From Balanoglossus misakiensis (lineage: Eukaryota > Animalia > Hemichordata), in the NCBI GenBank assembly GCA_040954595.2, contig CM082588.2, positions 62,001 to 126,000 of the forward strand: DNA of 64,000 nt, in the 5' to 3' direction. Position 1 is the first letter of the stretch; each line of letters starts with the position of its first letter. This document shows, piece after piece, positions 1 through 62,761 of the stretch. Both the position numbers and the translations under genes were made by a program. A model generated the notes under the pieces. That model was given only the letters and a program-made list of their open reading frames with translations. It ran no database searches and had not been told where the DNA came from.

Positions 1-80
1 GTGAGCATGAACATGTAAAATACATGCATAGAGTTAACTTTAGCTTTGCTACTATAGGAACTACCCCTAAAACAACTTAC

Positions 81-178
81 GTCATCCCACGTAAAACTGA
101 CGATCGGTCTTGTTAGAGAAAACACTTCAGTCATATTCTTGCCGGTAATGTTCGGTAGTACCGCTGAAATCTTCGGTC
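81..178 (-). CDS. Atypical soluble guanylate cyclase (Gyc88E-like), coding exon 2 (H-NOBA/PAS region); gene continues beyond the left edge
   Basis: ctacag acceptor and gtaagt donor. Joins exon 1 in phase 1 to give (G)PKISAVLPNITGKNMTEVFSLTRPIVSFTWDD, which matches the sGC H-NOBA pattern F.L.RP...FTW. Confidence 0.88.
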
Positions 179-1511
179 CTGTAGGAGACTCAATAATACA
201 ATTATTTATATAAACACACACTTTCATATCCAAAACAAACCTAACAGGGTTAGCCAGAAGTAATGTCGATAATTCTTGAAATGAGAACATAACAAATGGG
301 CCTTTAGTGAAGTCGACTGCCGAGGAACCGATCTTTCTATCACTGGAGTGTCGTCTTCATGATTTTGATAACACTGTCTTCAATTTTGTGAAATGTGTCC
401 TTGACGAGGGGTGCAATAAACGAACGAATGACATAATGTGTTTCGAACTTGAGTCAAAACTATTTCGATATACGGTCTTCATTATCTCAAGATACCACAT
501 CTTTTGTCGTATAATGTCGTTATTAAGAGCGACCTACACATTTGTGTTTTTTTACTGCAAATCCCAAATTTATCGAAAATATCTGATTTATGAGCATCCC
601 TGCTTAGAGCAGAAGCTGTGATTTTTATGGAAAGTCTTATCACCAGCCCATTCGGTAGAAAGGTGAAGGATGGTCCTGACAGTCCAAAGCTTTATTAGCG
701 CGTGGTGGACTTACTTGCGCGAAGAAGTTGAAATTAAAAGTGATAAATCTGACTGTGTCGATTGTGTACTGCAGGCTTTTCACGTTTGTTCGTTTGCAGT
801 ACGTACTTCGCCCTTAAAGATGCATTTCCTTACGGTAATTACGGTACAAAGCACACGGGGGAAAACTTTTGACGAACGAACATCCGTTCTCTGCTTTAGT
901 CAAGTACTCGTGAAATCATCTCAAACACTGATGTGCGGATGTTCGCCATGAGGCAATGTATGAATCATGAATCAATGCCGTTTTCCCATATCATGGATAT
1001 ACATGTACATAAGGCCTTGTCTGTGGACAACTTGAATTTCAAATAAATTTCGAGATGATTCATGTTTGCAATCAAACTCTACCGCTTCGGTTTTCAGCGA
1101 GTGGCAAACTGCGAGAAAAATGTCCATATTTGGACAAAATCGAGTTTCGAGGTGTTCACTACATTTTAGCAATAATGAGCGTTTTGTTTGCTTGCGTTGA
1201 TAAATTATTCAGATTTCCAGTTTATTGTTGATCATATGTAATCTTTGACAATTGACAATTGACACACGTGGGACTTTTCTGTGGTAAAATGCATGTTGTA
1301 TGACTTGAAAACAGCGAATTTGTTTTATGGTTAAACGGTGCCACTATTAAATGGAAATGGAGCGACTGTTCGCGCTCGGATCTTCTTTATTAGTTTTGTG
1401 ATGAATTACAGCCGGCGGCAAGGGGAATGCTTATGCCACAGATTTTGTCTCGCTAAGGCACACGACAACGAAGCAGTTTTGACGGATGGTATGCATTTTC
1501 CAAGTACCTAT

Positions 1512-1725
<214 letters not shown>

Positions 1726-2088
1726 CCTCTCTCTATTACTCTATCTACCTGTCTGTCTATCTATCCGTCCGTCCATCCATAAGCATCCAACTAACAAATG
1801 CCCCCCCCCCCCAAAAAAAAAAACAAGAACAACACAGACACGCAATCCTAGCCGCCAATCAATCTATTGAGTTACCAACCTACCCGCCATATGACTTTCC
1901 CAGGGCACTTTCTAGCAACCACCTAAACAAATTTACATGTAACACAGACAAAATTGTGTTCTTATCTGTACATTCACCTTGTCGTACGACAATTAATATA
2001 ATTATCTATAAACTTATGACGGGAACTTGGTTCCGAAGGTGCGTACTACACTAAGTAAAAGGACGACACATGATAGAAATTTACTCAC

Positions 2089-2773
2089 CCTCGTGTCGAA
2101 TGATCATATCTGGATCAAAGACAAAACTGAAGGGAAACAGCTCAAAGAATTCGTCACTCTTTATGTGCAGGTTTTCCTTAATCGTCACTCTGGATCCGAG
2201 ATCGTACTTGAATGCCGTGTTGTCGAAGTGGAGCCGCAGCACCGCATAGAAGGTGTTATTGGACTTGATGCCCCTGGATATAATTTCCACATTTATGTCA
2301 ACACTGTAAAACACCCTCCCGACTTCTTTGAGTTGGCCGATTATGTAGGGTATGAAACCTTGGCGTTTACTCCTGTACAAGAGAGTCAGGCCGTGTCGGG
2401 TTTCCTCGCTGGCGAAGAAGCTCGGCGGTCTGATGTGAGGGTAACTGAAGCGTATATATTCGTGCAGATTGTCCAACCCGTTCAGGAAATCCCGCATATG
2501 GCGCCCGAGGACGCGCAGGATGCGATCGTACCCATACTTGCTGGTAAAGCCGACGAAATAGATGCCGAATTTTTCCAAAAGCTCCCTTCTGTCGACGTGG
2601 ACGATTTCACTGGCCGCTGTGGTGATCTGTGGAATGTATTTCTCATCGTACACCTTGTGCGTGGAAAAGCACAGAGTTTGAATTTCGGACTTTTTCTGTA
2701 TTAGCAACCAGTTTTCCTCGCCGAAACGTTCCCGCAGATACTCGCACACCCCCTCAATGAGCAAGCCATACAT
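2089..2773 (-). CDS. Atypical soluble guanylate cyclase (Gyc88E-like), coding exon 1: complete H-NOX heme domain
   Basis: MYGLLIEG start, GYDRILRVLGRHMRDFLNGLDNLHEY (proximal His), YRSKR (YxSxR heme motif), FFELFPFSFVFD. gtgagt donor after 2089. Closely resembles the Drosophila Gyc88E N-terminus as I recall it. Confidence 0.93.
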
Positions 2774-5700
2774 GGTTTCAGGCAGTGTCCTTCAAGTTAC
2801 ACGTTCGTCTGAAGTCATTGCAACGACGACTGAGACGTGCAGGCCGTTTGACTGATCAAAGCCCCAAAATTAAAGCAGATGATGACGTCAGAGTTTCACT
2901 TCGCACCATGCGCACTCCGCAGAGTGAAAATGGTCACCGCCCCGCGCTACCACACAGTTTGGCTGCTGCTGGTCCACCTTTGAAAGAAAATATATAGCTA
3001 TAAATTATTAAAGGAAGTGAAATTAACCGTAACCATCATTTATGAATAGACAATGCAGACACTTCCATATTAATGCGGGGGGGGGGGACAATCTGACTTT
3101 AAAGGGAGGGATGTAACTCACAGTGAAGTGCGAGTCCTAACGGTTTTGTTCACGGTTCTCTCTCAACTAAATTTAATAAAGCTTCAAGCTGAACAATTTT
3201 CAAGAAAAGTCCCCCAATGAAAAGAAGAATTTTTTTTCTTCTCAAGTTCCGCGATTTCGTTTGTAGGTTCAGAATTAGGTATCGTTTCAATATACTGCTG
3301 ACAGGAGATCAAGTTGTGCATATTTGTGTTTGATTCATTGGGTTTCATTAAGCGTTATCTTTGTCTGTGGGTACTCAGTATAAATAAGGGTAAGGCTAGT
3401 TGGAGCATATAAGAGTGAGTGCAGCCCCCGGCATCAGATATTCTAAAACATGATGTCACTTTGATCAAATGCGTTGTGCATCTTTTACTAAAAGCATTAT
3501 GTATAACTTATGTCCCCAACATCCATCACCACCACCACTACCACGATTTTCTTGTACAAATGCTCCTCAGAATCACGGACTATGCCAACTTGTCTAACAT
3601 GTCGCAATCTGATCGGCCCGCACAAAACAGACCCAACGCGACCTGTGATGTGCTGGTTTACAACATCTTTGTGCAAATGTTCACTCCCAGACGAGCCCCC
3701 AATTTCTGTTACGGCAAAAAATAACCTAGGAGCACACAATGGAGTTCTTTGTACAACAACAATATTTAATCAAAACCAGTAACTTATGGTTATAAAAAAA
3801 TCTTACAGTAAAATTATTTAAAGTTTTACCCTGCTTGGTCGAGAGGAAATTTGTACAGAGTCCATGACAGTCTCGGTCGAGAGGAAGTTTCCTACAATGT
3901 TTGCATGCCCTCCGTCTCACAGTTCCAGGTTACGAAGAAACTGGCATCACAGAACAGGCACAGAAGTCCGTTGTTCACAGAAGTCCGTTGTTCACAGTTA
4001 GTCTCAAACCTTGCTGCAGTTTTGTAGCCCTCCTGGCTCCCCTTGACGATTTTTGTTTTGAACAGGGAGCGCGCAGTATCTAGAAGTGTTCCACGTGGAT
4101 TTCGAGAGCACGCATTTATACCAGTGACCACCTGGCCAAATAATATTATAATGACCATATTAAAATCTAAGGCCTTTTGTCATGCAAAAGGAAATACTCT
4201 CGACCAAGCAACCGAGCGCACACATGGCAACTAAAACGGCGTTAATGCTTGAATATCAACCAGAATTCATGAAGAGTTTGTGCAAAAAGGGTGATTCAGA
4301 AGTAGATTTGAAAGGTCGTTGAAAGTGTATTTCACGTGACCACTGTAAATAATGGTCGTGTGCTGTACATGATCAGGCTCTCCTATGTATCAGTGCTTTA
4401 AGAAAATATATACTTTGAGGGATTATGATTTTGATAATTAGACAACTACAATAGGGTCTGTTTTATGTGTCGCATCTTTAAATCCACGTTTAGAATTGAA
4501 CACTTGATTATAAAAGTAGTGTACAGTGTAGAACAAATTGTTTTCTTTTGACTCCACAGTAGAAGATTAATACGCTAGCTTCGTCTTGTCTTCACGCCCC
4601 GTGAAACTATTAATTACTGCTTCAAACGATAGTAAATTATCGTCAATTGCTCCCTCTGAAATGTTTCCGCGGGAGCTTACGTGCCGCCCGCGGCCATTCC
4701 AGCTCATAGGTGATTCACGCGGCGTTTCAGAAAGCATCGCTGCAGATACCTCCTCACTAATCTCCTGAGGAAATAATGAAGGGGACCTCAGAAGGACCCC
4801 TGCGTCCAGCCCTGTAGTTGTTCTCACAGTCAGACTACCCGTAGGGAAAGATGCGATTTACCTTACCTCGGCCATGCGTACCCTGCCTCATCCATGTTGA
4901 GTAATACAGACTAGTACGTCATCGCGCGGTACGGGCGAGGATTACTCCCATAACACAAGTTGAAAACAAATGGCTTAACGGCTATGACAGTTCCTCTCTT
5001 TAGATTAGCCAAGAACCGTTAATCGGAAGTATACCTACGGGATAGCTGTGGGTCGTTTGACGAAGATGATGACCAACTTTGTCACTCGTCTAGAAACCCA
5101 TAACGGGTCCCACTGCTTAGTGCCAAGATTTTTTTAAAAGAAGGGTCGCATAGGGCCTTCCAGAATTTTGCCGGATATTTGATCAAACCAAATGCGCGTA
5201 AATGAATTATTTTTCACTTTATCCACATTTCTGGAGCTAATTAGGAGAAGTCGACTGATGAAGCCAAAATAAGCACCCGAAACATATATACCACAGTTAA
5301 TTGGGATCAACCACTTTGCACCCGCCACGGCGCATTGGGTTTATGTTATTGCCTTTTTCAAAACAAACACCTATTGTTGATAACAAATGGTCTGAACCAC
5401 AAATTGATAAATCAATTAATTAGTACTCGTGCTCTTTGTGCCCAGGCATGATTGGCTAATAAATCTGTACCATTCTATTGTATTCTGTACCTCGGTTTGG
5501 TAAACAAAGTTTACTGTGGCGTAACCATGTTTATCTTCTTTGCTAGTAAAATTTCTGTTCTGTAATAAATTTGAAGGTTATTAAGTGATATAGCGTGTGT
5601 CCTGTCATGTTCGCTTTCATCGTGGGTATCCATGGGTTTGCATCGTGTCTGACTGACCAAACATAGAGTAAGAGAGACACCACTAATTTTGATTAATCTG

Positions 5701-5833
5701 CAAGCCTTGTTTCTGATTCGCTCCATGTGTTGACATATTTCCTGCAGGGAGACAAAAATGTAGTAGCTGGGTAAATTTTCAGGGGAAACCACAAATCAGA
5801 ATACACACAATTATTATAATAATCCATGCACAC

Positions 5834-5839
5834 TTTATT
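5834..5839 (-). terminator. Putative AATAAA polyadenylation signal of the dynein heavy chain gene
   Basis: AATAAA on the minus strand about 1.55 kb after the stop codon, followed by TG/T-rich sequence. Confidence 0.45.
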
Positions 5840-7392
5840 ACATTACACAAGCAATATTTTCCATCCCACATTTTTCTTTTTTGTATCCACCAAAATTTAC
5901 AGAAGTGATATCACACGCAAGATTATAAAGGTACTCCTTTAAAAATACATCTCTAATTCAGACTATAGATTTTATTATTTACTATGGTTTAATTGTTCTT
6001 TTTGCCCATGTAAATATTAGTTAGTAAATATTTCATTTTTTGTGTAAGACAGTGACATACAAGAGTTCTACAACTTCCATTTTGTATCTTAAACCCCCCA
6101 ACCTCTTGTAGTCAGTTCTCGGAATGTATTTTTGTTTCTCAATTTTACATGGGTGCACCCATTGTACTTAGGGTTTATGGTGCACTTCAAAAACACACAC
6201 TGTACAAAATGGACGGAATAGATAAAATGCTTTCAGTATTCTCTTGTTTTATACTGAAATTTTGTACTTTATTGTGAGTGAACAACATTTTTTCATGATG
6301 TTGGGGATTCATTGTTCTTGCCTAAACACCCCTTAAATCAGAATGGTATAACCTTAAAATGGGTGAATCCATTACACTCAATTGGGTGAGGGAATGGTGA
6401 CCAAATGCTCTCTAGTTAAAAATATTGTGAGTAATAATTGCACACTGACACACGATAGGCAGAGATAATGCTAAAACCAATACAAAAACACAAATTACCC
6501 CGTAAGATACAAATAATTTCCTTTGATAGCAGTGACTGGGCTCTGCTTCGTCACAACATAATTTTCATTAGAAAACACAAGTAAACAAGATAAACAAAAA
6601 CGTATAATGCTAAAATCCTCAAAAACACAAATACCCAGGTACAGCACAGACAGACTTTTTATGAAACACGCATGTTATAATAAGATTCTACTGCTGCAAA
6701 TTTCTGTGAATACAAAACCACATGATTTTAAACTGGTCTGAATATTTCTTGCATACCGCCTTTAGCCATGATGGTTTCTATCACCACAATACAATTCAAT
6801 TAGTTGCAACCACTTATTTTGTGGCTAAGTTATCCAAACCTTCAAGTACAGAAATGGACAGATGAGAATTTTCTGGAAAAATAAACATTTTTGAAAATAA
6901 TCAATCCATCACAAATTCAGAGACAGATTAGTTGCAGGTTGGAAAACCAATTTTCTTTCAAAATACAGGTTTAATTACTCCAAAATGCCATCCACTTTTC
7001 AAGAAAATTGATCTTCTTGGCCCAGGTAGCAAACACTACAGAAAAGTAATTTCTTATGAATCAATCCTTCACGAAGAAAACACTACAATGGATGGAAATA
7101 CATTAAACTTCACCAACACACAACAAAAAAACAAAAACAAAAAAAAATCAAATCTCGATTTGTATATGACCTACAAGTGGGATAAATGTGTGACTGTAGT
7201 TAATTGGACAGAAAGGGAAGTATTTCAAAGTTTGGGGTTGTTCTTGCAGTGTGTTTGTCTGTCCACTGAGAATTCAGAGACATTGTGTTTCCTTGTTTAT
7301 ATTGTGTGTTTTTTGTTCTTGGAAACATAAGATGATTGAAAGTTCCATGACATTTCCTGTACCAAGTGAATGCCTTGTCACAGCGTAGGTAT

Positions 7393-56441
<49,049 letters not shown>

Positions 56442-58701
56442 GGCTCTGTCGCTCTATTCTAAATCATGAAAACTCGTTCACGACGACCTACGGTAACTTC
56501 CAAGGATACTCAAGTGCAGTATATTACTCTCACACTGTATTCAAGGCGTTCAGGAGTAAGTTTCCTGACTTCCCTCGAAATTAGAGTAAAAGTTTCTAAA
56601 CTCCTATGCCTTGAAAATCACACGGTGACAATCTATTATGCAAATATGAGATCCGCACCTAAATTCTTCCACAGAAAATAGTTCCAAGTGAAAACTTTTA
56701 CTGATCCCCAAAATAGCGAAATATTAAGCTAAACAGGATATTTCCTCCTGTTATTGGAAGTCTGAATAGGAAATGTACTGATTTTGTAGAATAAAAGTCC
56801 AATCTTTCTGTCCATTTGAGTTTTGGCGGAACGATATCGTGAGGTGTAATTCGTCGCAGTCTGACGCCCAAGTGGTCACTATAGAGACGGCAACCTGTAC
56901 ACAAACTATTGATCAGGAGTGTTGTGTTCGGGCCTGATATTGTCGCCCTGACTATTGTTTGCGGGATATTTTATGTCATCGCCCATAGAGAATTACTTTT
57001 ATGCCTTATACTAGTGCCAGGCTATCAGAACAGTGTGGCCGCCGCGTTTGTATCGAGCATCGTTTTTATAGCTTTTAAGTTTTATGAAGTCTGCGCAAAT
57101 TACAAGAGACATTTGGTTCCAAGCTCAAGGTTTCTCCATTCTTGCACACACCAGAATTTGTTAACGTTTTAAGCTGAACTGAATAGGTGTACAATATTCT
57201 ATTGTATAGCCAGGTTGTTCGCCCACGGATAAAGAAGCACCTGTCACGTCCAATGGTATTGTTGGATCCAGTCGTCGGGGGCGCACCTGTTTAGTGATCA
57301 CGGTCAAGCACTGAACCACTTTTTTCAGAAACGTAAAAAGAATTGATGAAAATGGTTTGTAAAAGAAAATAAAACTGTATACTTTTAAACTTTTTATCGT
57401 CACCGAAGAAATCCAATTTAAATCAATTGCAAAAGTAAAGTGTTAGCCTACAATTAAGCCAGAAACGACCAGACAGCTCTTTGCTTGCGAACTTCTCCGA
57501 GCCATAAACAACTTTTACATACTAGTATTAACAAAATCATAATAGAACGGGCATATGGTGTGGAGTTTTACGTAGAACAGATGATTATCAATTAGTTTTA
57601 ATGGAACTCAATAATCATCACTACCTGTTCGTGCAACTCAGTCTGGTCTTGATCCACAGTAAAGGGACAAAGTCGCCCTTTTTGACATTTCTGTGATAAA
57701 ACTGGATAAAAGAAACATTGAATACTTCTGATGACATTTCACTGGCTCCCAGTAATTTATAGGAGCAAGTTCAAGATTTTACTTTTCACTTACAAACTCG
57801 CACCTGATTACATAACTTCACTCTATCATCGAATATAATAACCCTATGAGATCTCTTTGTTTACATGTTGTGCTTCAGTTCTACGTAGGTCTACTCAGCC
57901 TAAGTCCTGTGACGACTGCCCAACATTCTTTCAGTATCAAGTACTCAAGTGTTTAGGGGATGACCGTTTAATATCTATGTGGGGAGGGACTGGAGCCGAT
58001 GCAATTTTAGGAGATATTTTTTTTCAATAAGTTACGACTAACAGCTGTGAAAAGTTGGATGTAGGATGTCATTCCAACAGAAACACCAGGTAAGAACATT
58101 TTCAACACGGCTATTTTAATAAGTCCATCACCTAAATGAAGTACATGTACTTAATTCTTCAAAAATCAAAGAAATTTTATTCACCTAATAACCAACATAA
58201 GACAGAAAGCTGATTTTTGAGAAAACAAGAGATCCATGTGGATAGGGAATCCCGTCGCGCGAGGGCGCTCTCCTATCACCATCTTACGACGACTGTTGGA
58301 GTGTTGCGAGCATCATCAAGCAGGCACGGTTTCCAGTCTATTTTTTTCTCCACGAGATTGGAAAATTAACAAAATGATCTTTCAATGTAAAAAAAATAGC
58401 TGAAGTTGGGGTGGTTAATATTCTACACAGACTGCAGTTGTTAATAAGGCCCATTTGTGGCTAAAGTTATTCCTGTCATTACATCTTGGAAAATAGTCAC
58501 TGGAGAGTAAATTGGATTTATTTCTGCAGTGGGGATAATTATTTTATAAAAGAGAATGCACACCTGTATTTTCCTTTTATATCAAGGATTCCAGTACATT
58601 CAATTGACAGAAACAACTGACAGAATGGAAAATGGTGGGGGGTCACTCTTGAAAGTCTAAAGTCTCTCCTGTATTCATGAGAAAGCAAAGCGCATGATTT
58701 T

Positions 58702-59750
58702 CTATGAGGCAAATCCCCTCTCCCGCTGTAGTCTGCTGTTGTACGTTCTTGACACTGTATTCCAAGCGTCCATATATCTGTCCATACACATCGCTAAACA
58801 TTTCTGTTGAGAGAAGAAAATGAAATATGCTGAAATTCCATAAAGATGAGCTGACGAGGCTTGCGAAGCTAAAGTGTCGTGCTTGCAAAATGTCATTACA
58901 GTCTGTCAGTGCTACATAATGTCTCAGTCTATGTCATTACATGTACTTCTCTTGAATTTAGTATTTGTTTCTGGTGAAACATGAAAGTGTCCTTTTTCAA
59001 GAAAATTCTAACCCAAATGTTGATGTCAGATTCAGATATATGTATGGGAAACTTAATTATTATGTACTAGATAAAAGGATGTGTTCATGGTTGTACAGAT
59101 AAATTACCTGTTCTGAGTTATCCAGCGATGATCCTGGTTTAGGAATACACTTCTTAAAACATTTGTCAGACATTTTCTGTGAAAGATATGGACAGTTTCA
59201 GTGTTATAGCTCCCCCTGGAAGTTGTGACGTTGCAGTTACATCACGTTGGATCACAGTCGCTTGTTCGCAGGGTTGTCAAGTCACGCGGGGGCGAACTGG
59301 CTATTCTATATAATTTCCATGTGTCTTTTTTTCTAAGACCGGTGCGACTTGACTACTCAGTACGTTACTACGAGCTCACAACGCGGCATCAAAAGTACAG
59401 GGACCTCTCGATTGTGGAGAGCGCCTCACGACCTGTGTGGTAATTTACCATTGACAGTAGAAGCAACGGGCTTCGGTTATACCACTTATGATGGATTGGT
59501 CTGTGGATACGCATGAATACACTCGCTATAAAGTACTCGTGCTACATCATACATGTACGCGTACGCACATGGCTTGTGAAAAGTATTCGACGTTCGCGGT
59601 CGCCATGGACATCGATTTCATCAAACTCGAAAATACCTGTAATAACTCCTGTGCATTGGCGATTGCTAGTTGTGACTTCACTTGGTCCATTAACTGATCT
59701 TTCTCTCCTGCTCCAAGTTTACCACCAGCTGGCGAAGACGAATAATCCAT
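58702..59750 (-). CDS. TIMM13: Mitochondrial import inner membrane translocase subunit Tim13; exons 59637-59750, 59108-59176, 58702-58803; 94 aa
   Basis: Spliced product MDYSSS...[19 protein letters not shown]|[23 protein letters not shown]|[28 protein letters not shown]...*. Twin CX3C motif; canonical phase-0 introns. Confidence 0.96.
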
Positions 59751-60154
59751 GCTTAAATTTCACAGGGGAAATCAACGACAGCGATACAACGTGAACCGGC
59801 AAGTTGACCCTTGAAATGTTCATTTCAGGTCACCGCTCATGCGTACAAGTGTAACCATCATGCCCTGCGCCATTAGTAACTTTCCGAGTTAGTTGCGTGA
59901 TCATCAACCAATGTATTGAATGCAGGGCTAATTCTGTTTCGATGCCAGACGTTTTCATGATGACAATTATTTTTTTAACAATGCTGATTGATATATCCCA
60001 CTCTACTCGGCAATGTGAAGAAACTAAGCGGCTATACAAGCAAAAAGAATCTCCTGACTTTATTTGCACCTCACTATTTCCTTCAGGGCGTTGCCACATG
60101 TATGCATCACTCTCCAAACCAAAAGACACAGAAATTATTTACTTCAAAATCACT

Positions 60155-60160
60155 TTTATT
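60155..60160 (-). terminator. Putative AATAAA polyadenylation signal of the CD2AP/SH3KBP1-like gene (3'UTR about 2.6 kb)
   Basis: AATAAA on the minus strand with a downstream tctgtgtcttttggtttgg GU-rich element, just before the TIMM13 promoter region. Confidence 0.5.
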
Positions 60161-62440
60161 GTTCCAAGAGCAAATTATATATACAAGTATTCATTTACAC
60201 TGCCAGTATATCTACAATAAAATAATCCAGCCACAATCTCAAGAATATTTACTGATCAATAAACACTGAGCTCCTTCCCTCAACATGGAAATAATAATAA
60301 CAGTATTAGTTGCATGACCAATATCTTCATGAAAACCACAGTATACCAAGAGTTGTACTCATTAGATGTGATGACATGAAAAGGTACATCTTGTGGCCAC
60401 TTGGTAGGCAAATTATGGTCACACTGTTATGAGTCCCATAAAAATGAAAGGTTGTGATAGGTTGGATATATCTTTCTTTGGAAAATAAAATGGGTGACTG
60501 TATTACCTTTAAGTTCATGCAGCGAGGTATCAATGTAATACATTGAGAGTGTCAGCATCATGAAGCAATACACAGCTTAGGCATTTTAAGTATTTACATA
60601 CAGAAAAAGTTTATATATATATTTCTTGCTTTTTTTCTTTTAGATGGTTTTCTGGTCACAATGAACCATGGCAACAGAAGTATGTATCATACTAAATGGC
60701 TAAGTACAAAAAACAGACATGCACTTAATTGCCTGATTAAATATGCAAGAAAGAAAGGCATAAGGAAAAATAAGCATACTTTGTGGTAGCAAAAATCATC
60801 TTACCCATGAAGTGTTTATTATGAATTTCAGCTATGTGGATATGAAACTTATTTTCTGACTTCATTTTCTGATATATGCAAAATTAATGGTTAACCATCA
60901 CACAATCAAATTTTGATTTGGTCCTATTGGTACTCTGTTAAGCCTTAGGAATGTTTTGTGTTAAGACAGACATGTGCCACCCCTCAAACCAAACAAATTA
61001 AGGATTTAACATTATCACTTGCTAAGATCATTACTATAAACATGATAAACACAATGCCAGAAAGATTCTTTCTATAATCACCTCTGAATCATGCATATTC
61101 AAAGAAAAACTATATCATAAATAGTTTCATTTCATTAATGACAAATTTGACAAGAATCCCAGTCTGTTTCTGTAAATGACACAAAATTTACACAAAAATA
61201 AATATTACCATGCCAATTTCCTGCTTTGTCTTCAAAATGCCTGTCAGTCAAAATCTGAATAATAACACTCATCTCTTCATCAGGATGGAATTAAAATATA
61301 ATTTCAGGAATGAATAAATGTGCTTCAAATAATTCTTTAATAATATTTGGAAGAACCCAATCATATCCTAGTATTTGGGGGAGGGGTTATTCAAAGAAAC
61401 CCACAGTTTCACTTAAAGATGATGCAGATTCCCCAAGGAATGTTATAATAAATGAAATATCAACAACCAAGTTTTTCTTCCCAGAAAAAATTACAACTAT
61501 GACACAATTCACTAATTATGAAAATGCTGGTTGCTCTTCAGTGCATAATTATGTGATAGTATGATAAGTGATATTAATGTTCTGCGTATAACTAAATTTT
61601 GTGACTAAAACTGCCACCAAACATTTCCAGAATAACAAAAGATTCATATCACTGATTTTTTTTTTCAGAAGAAACAAATCTCTGAAAGAGCAATACGAGT
61701 CAAAATTTGCAAGTTTAATATTTTGCACTTCAATGTAAGTCTTTTTCACTTAGTGCTACAGTTACTGGTATAGTTTGTTACTACGACAATAACAACAGCT
61801 GTTCACAAAGTGATATTCTATGCACAGATTTCGCATGAGAAGGCAGAAGACAGCGCCATCTCACCACTAAACTGTCTGTCTGTATTTTCTTTCATACAAC
61901 CATCAAACTCTTTTCCTCCAAATAAAACTTCACACTCTCACATCTGTACACAAATCAAATGTCTCACCTCAGGAAATCATTTGGTTTACCAACATACACT
62001 TTTTGCAAATTTTCACGAACTCTAGGGTCTCTATCTAAGAAACCTGGTGGTCATGTGACAAACACAAGCCAAAGGGTCCAATGTAGGAAGTTTATGGAAC
62101 CATTGTGGGCTCATACATACAAATGCATTAACTGGGGAAATAAGGATACTTTAGGATGAGAATTATTAGGAACCTGAGGGTCAGTTCTGGTTAAATCTAA
62201 GGCACGCCTAATATTTATCCCTGATTTGAAATTGCTATAGTTGGTATTTTTTTAATTATTGACTTATATACAGTACTGAGAAGTTCAATTTTCAGAAATC
62301 TGTGAAAGTTTTGGTCACAAAAAATCTTCTATCTCGCTGAACAGTAGAATAGTATTATTCATGCATCTAAAAACAAAAGCTGCTTACGTATCAATATGTA
62401 TAAATATAGGCTGAAATAGATAATTTCGTTTACAGCATGT

Positions 62441-62751
62441 CACAGTTAAATACTTCTGAACCATGCGTAAAAGTTTCAGAGATTGGCAATCACATAAATT
62501 TGCGTTGAACTGAAGAAGTGTAAAGCTGGAGGTTGCGACTATACCACTGCTGCCAAAAGCTACAACTGGGCTCCTGATCAATGTGAAGAAAAACACCTCC
62601 AAAGTGCCCACGGCCTACAAGCACATCATGAGAATCAAGTTACAGTTTAAAACTTCAGAACCAAGTGCAAAAGTTTCACAGATTGGAAATCGCATAAATT
62701 TGCATTAAACTGAAGAAGTGTAAAGCTGAAGGTTTTGAATATACCACTGCT
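62441..62751. repeat. Imperfect direct duplication of about 110 bp (62441-62550 and 62641-62750) in the 3'UTR
   Basis: Ungapped alignment at offset 200; 16 mismatches in 110 nt by hand count. Confidence 0.9.
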
Positions 62752-62761
62752 TTGCTAATGT

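Noticed and set aside
2027-2704. 225-aa plus-strand ORF
   Set aside because: It is an antisense shadow of the H-NOX exon with no recognisable family.
3961-3997. 17-bp tandem duplication cagaagtccgttgttca x2
   Set aside because: Ordinary slippage duplication with no spacers; not CRISPR-like.
6195-6435. Possible ACACTGTA-type MITE relic in the dynein 3'UTR
   Set aside because: Terminal inverted repeats are too degenerate to verify by eye.
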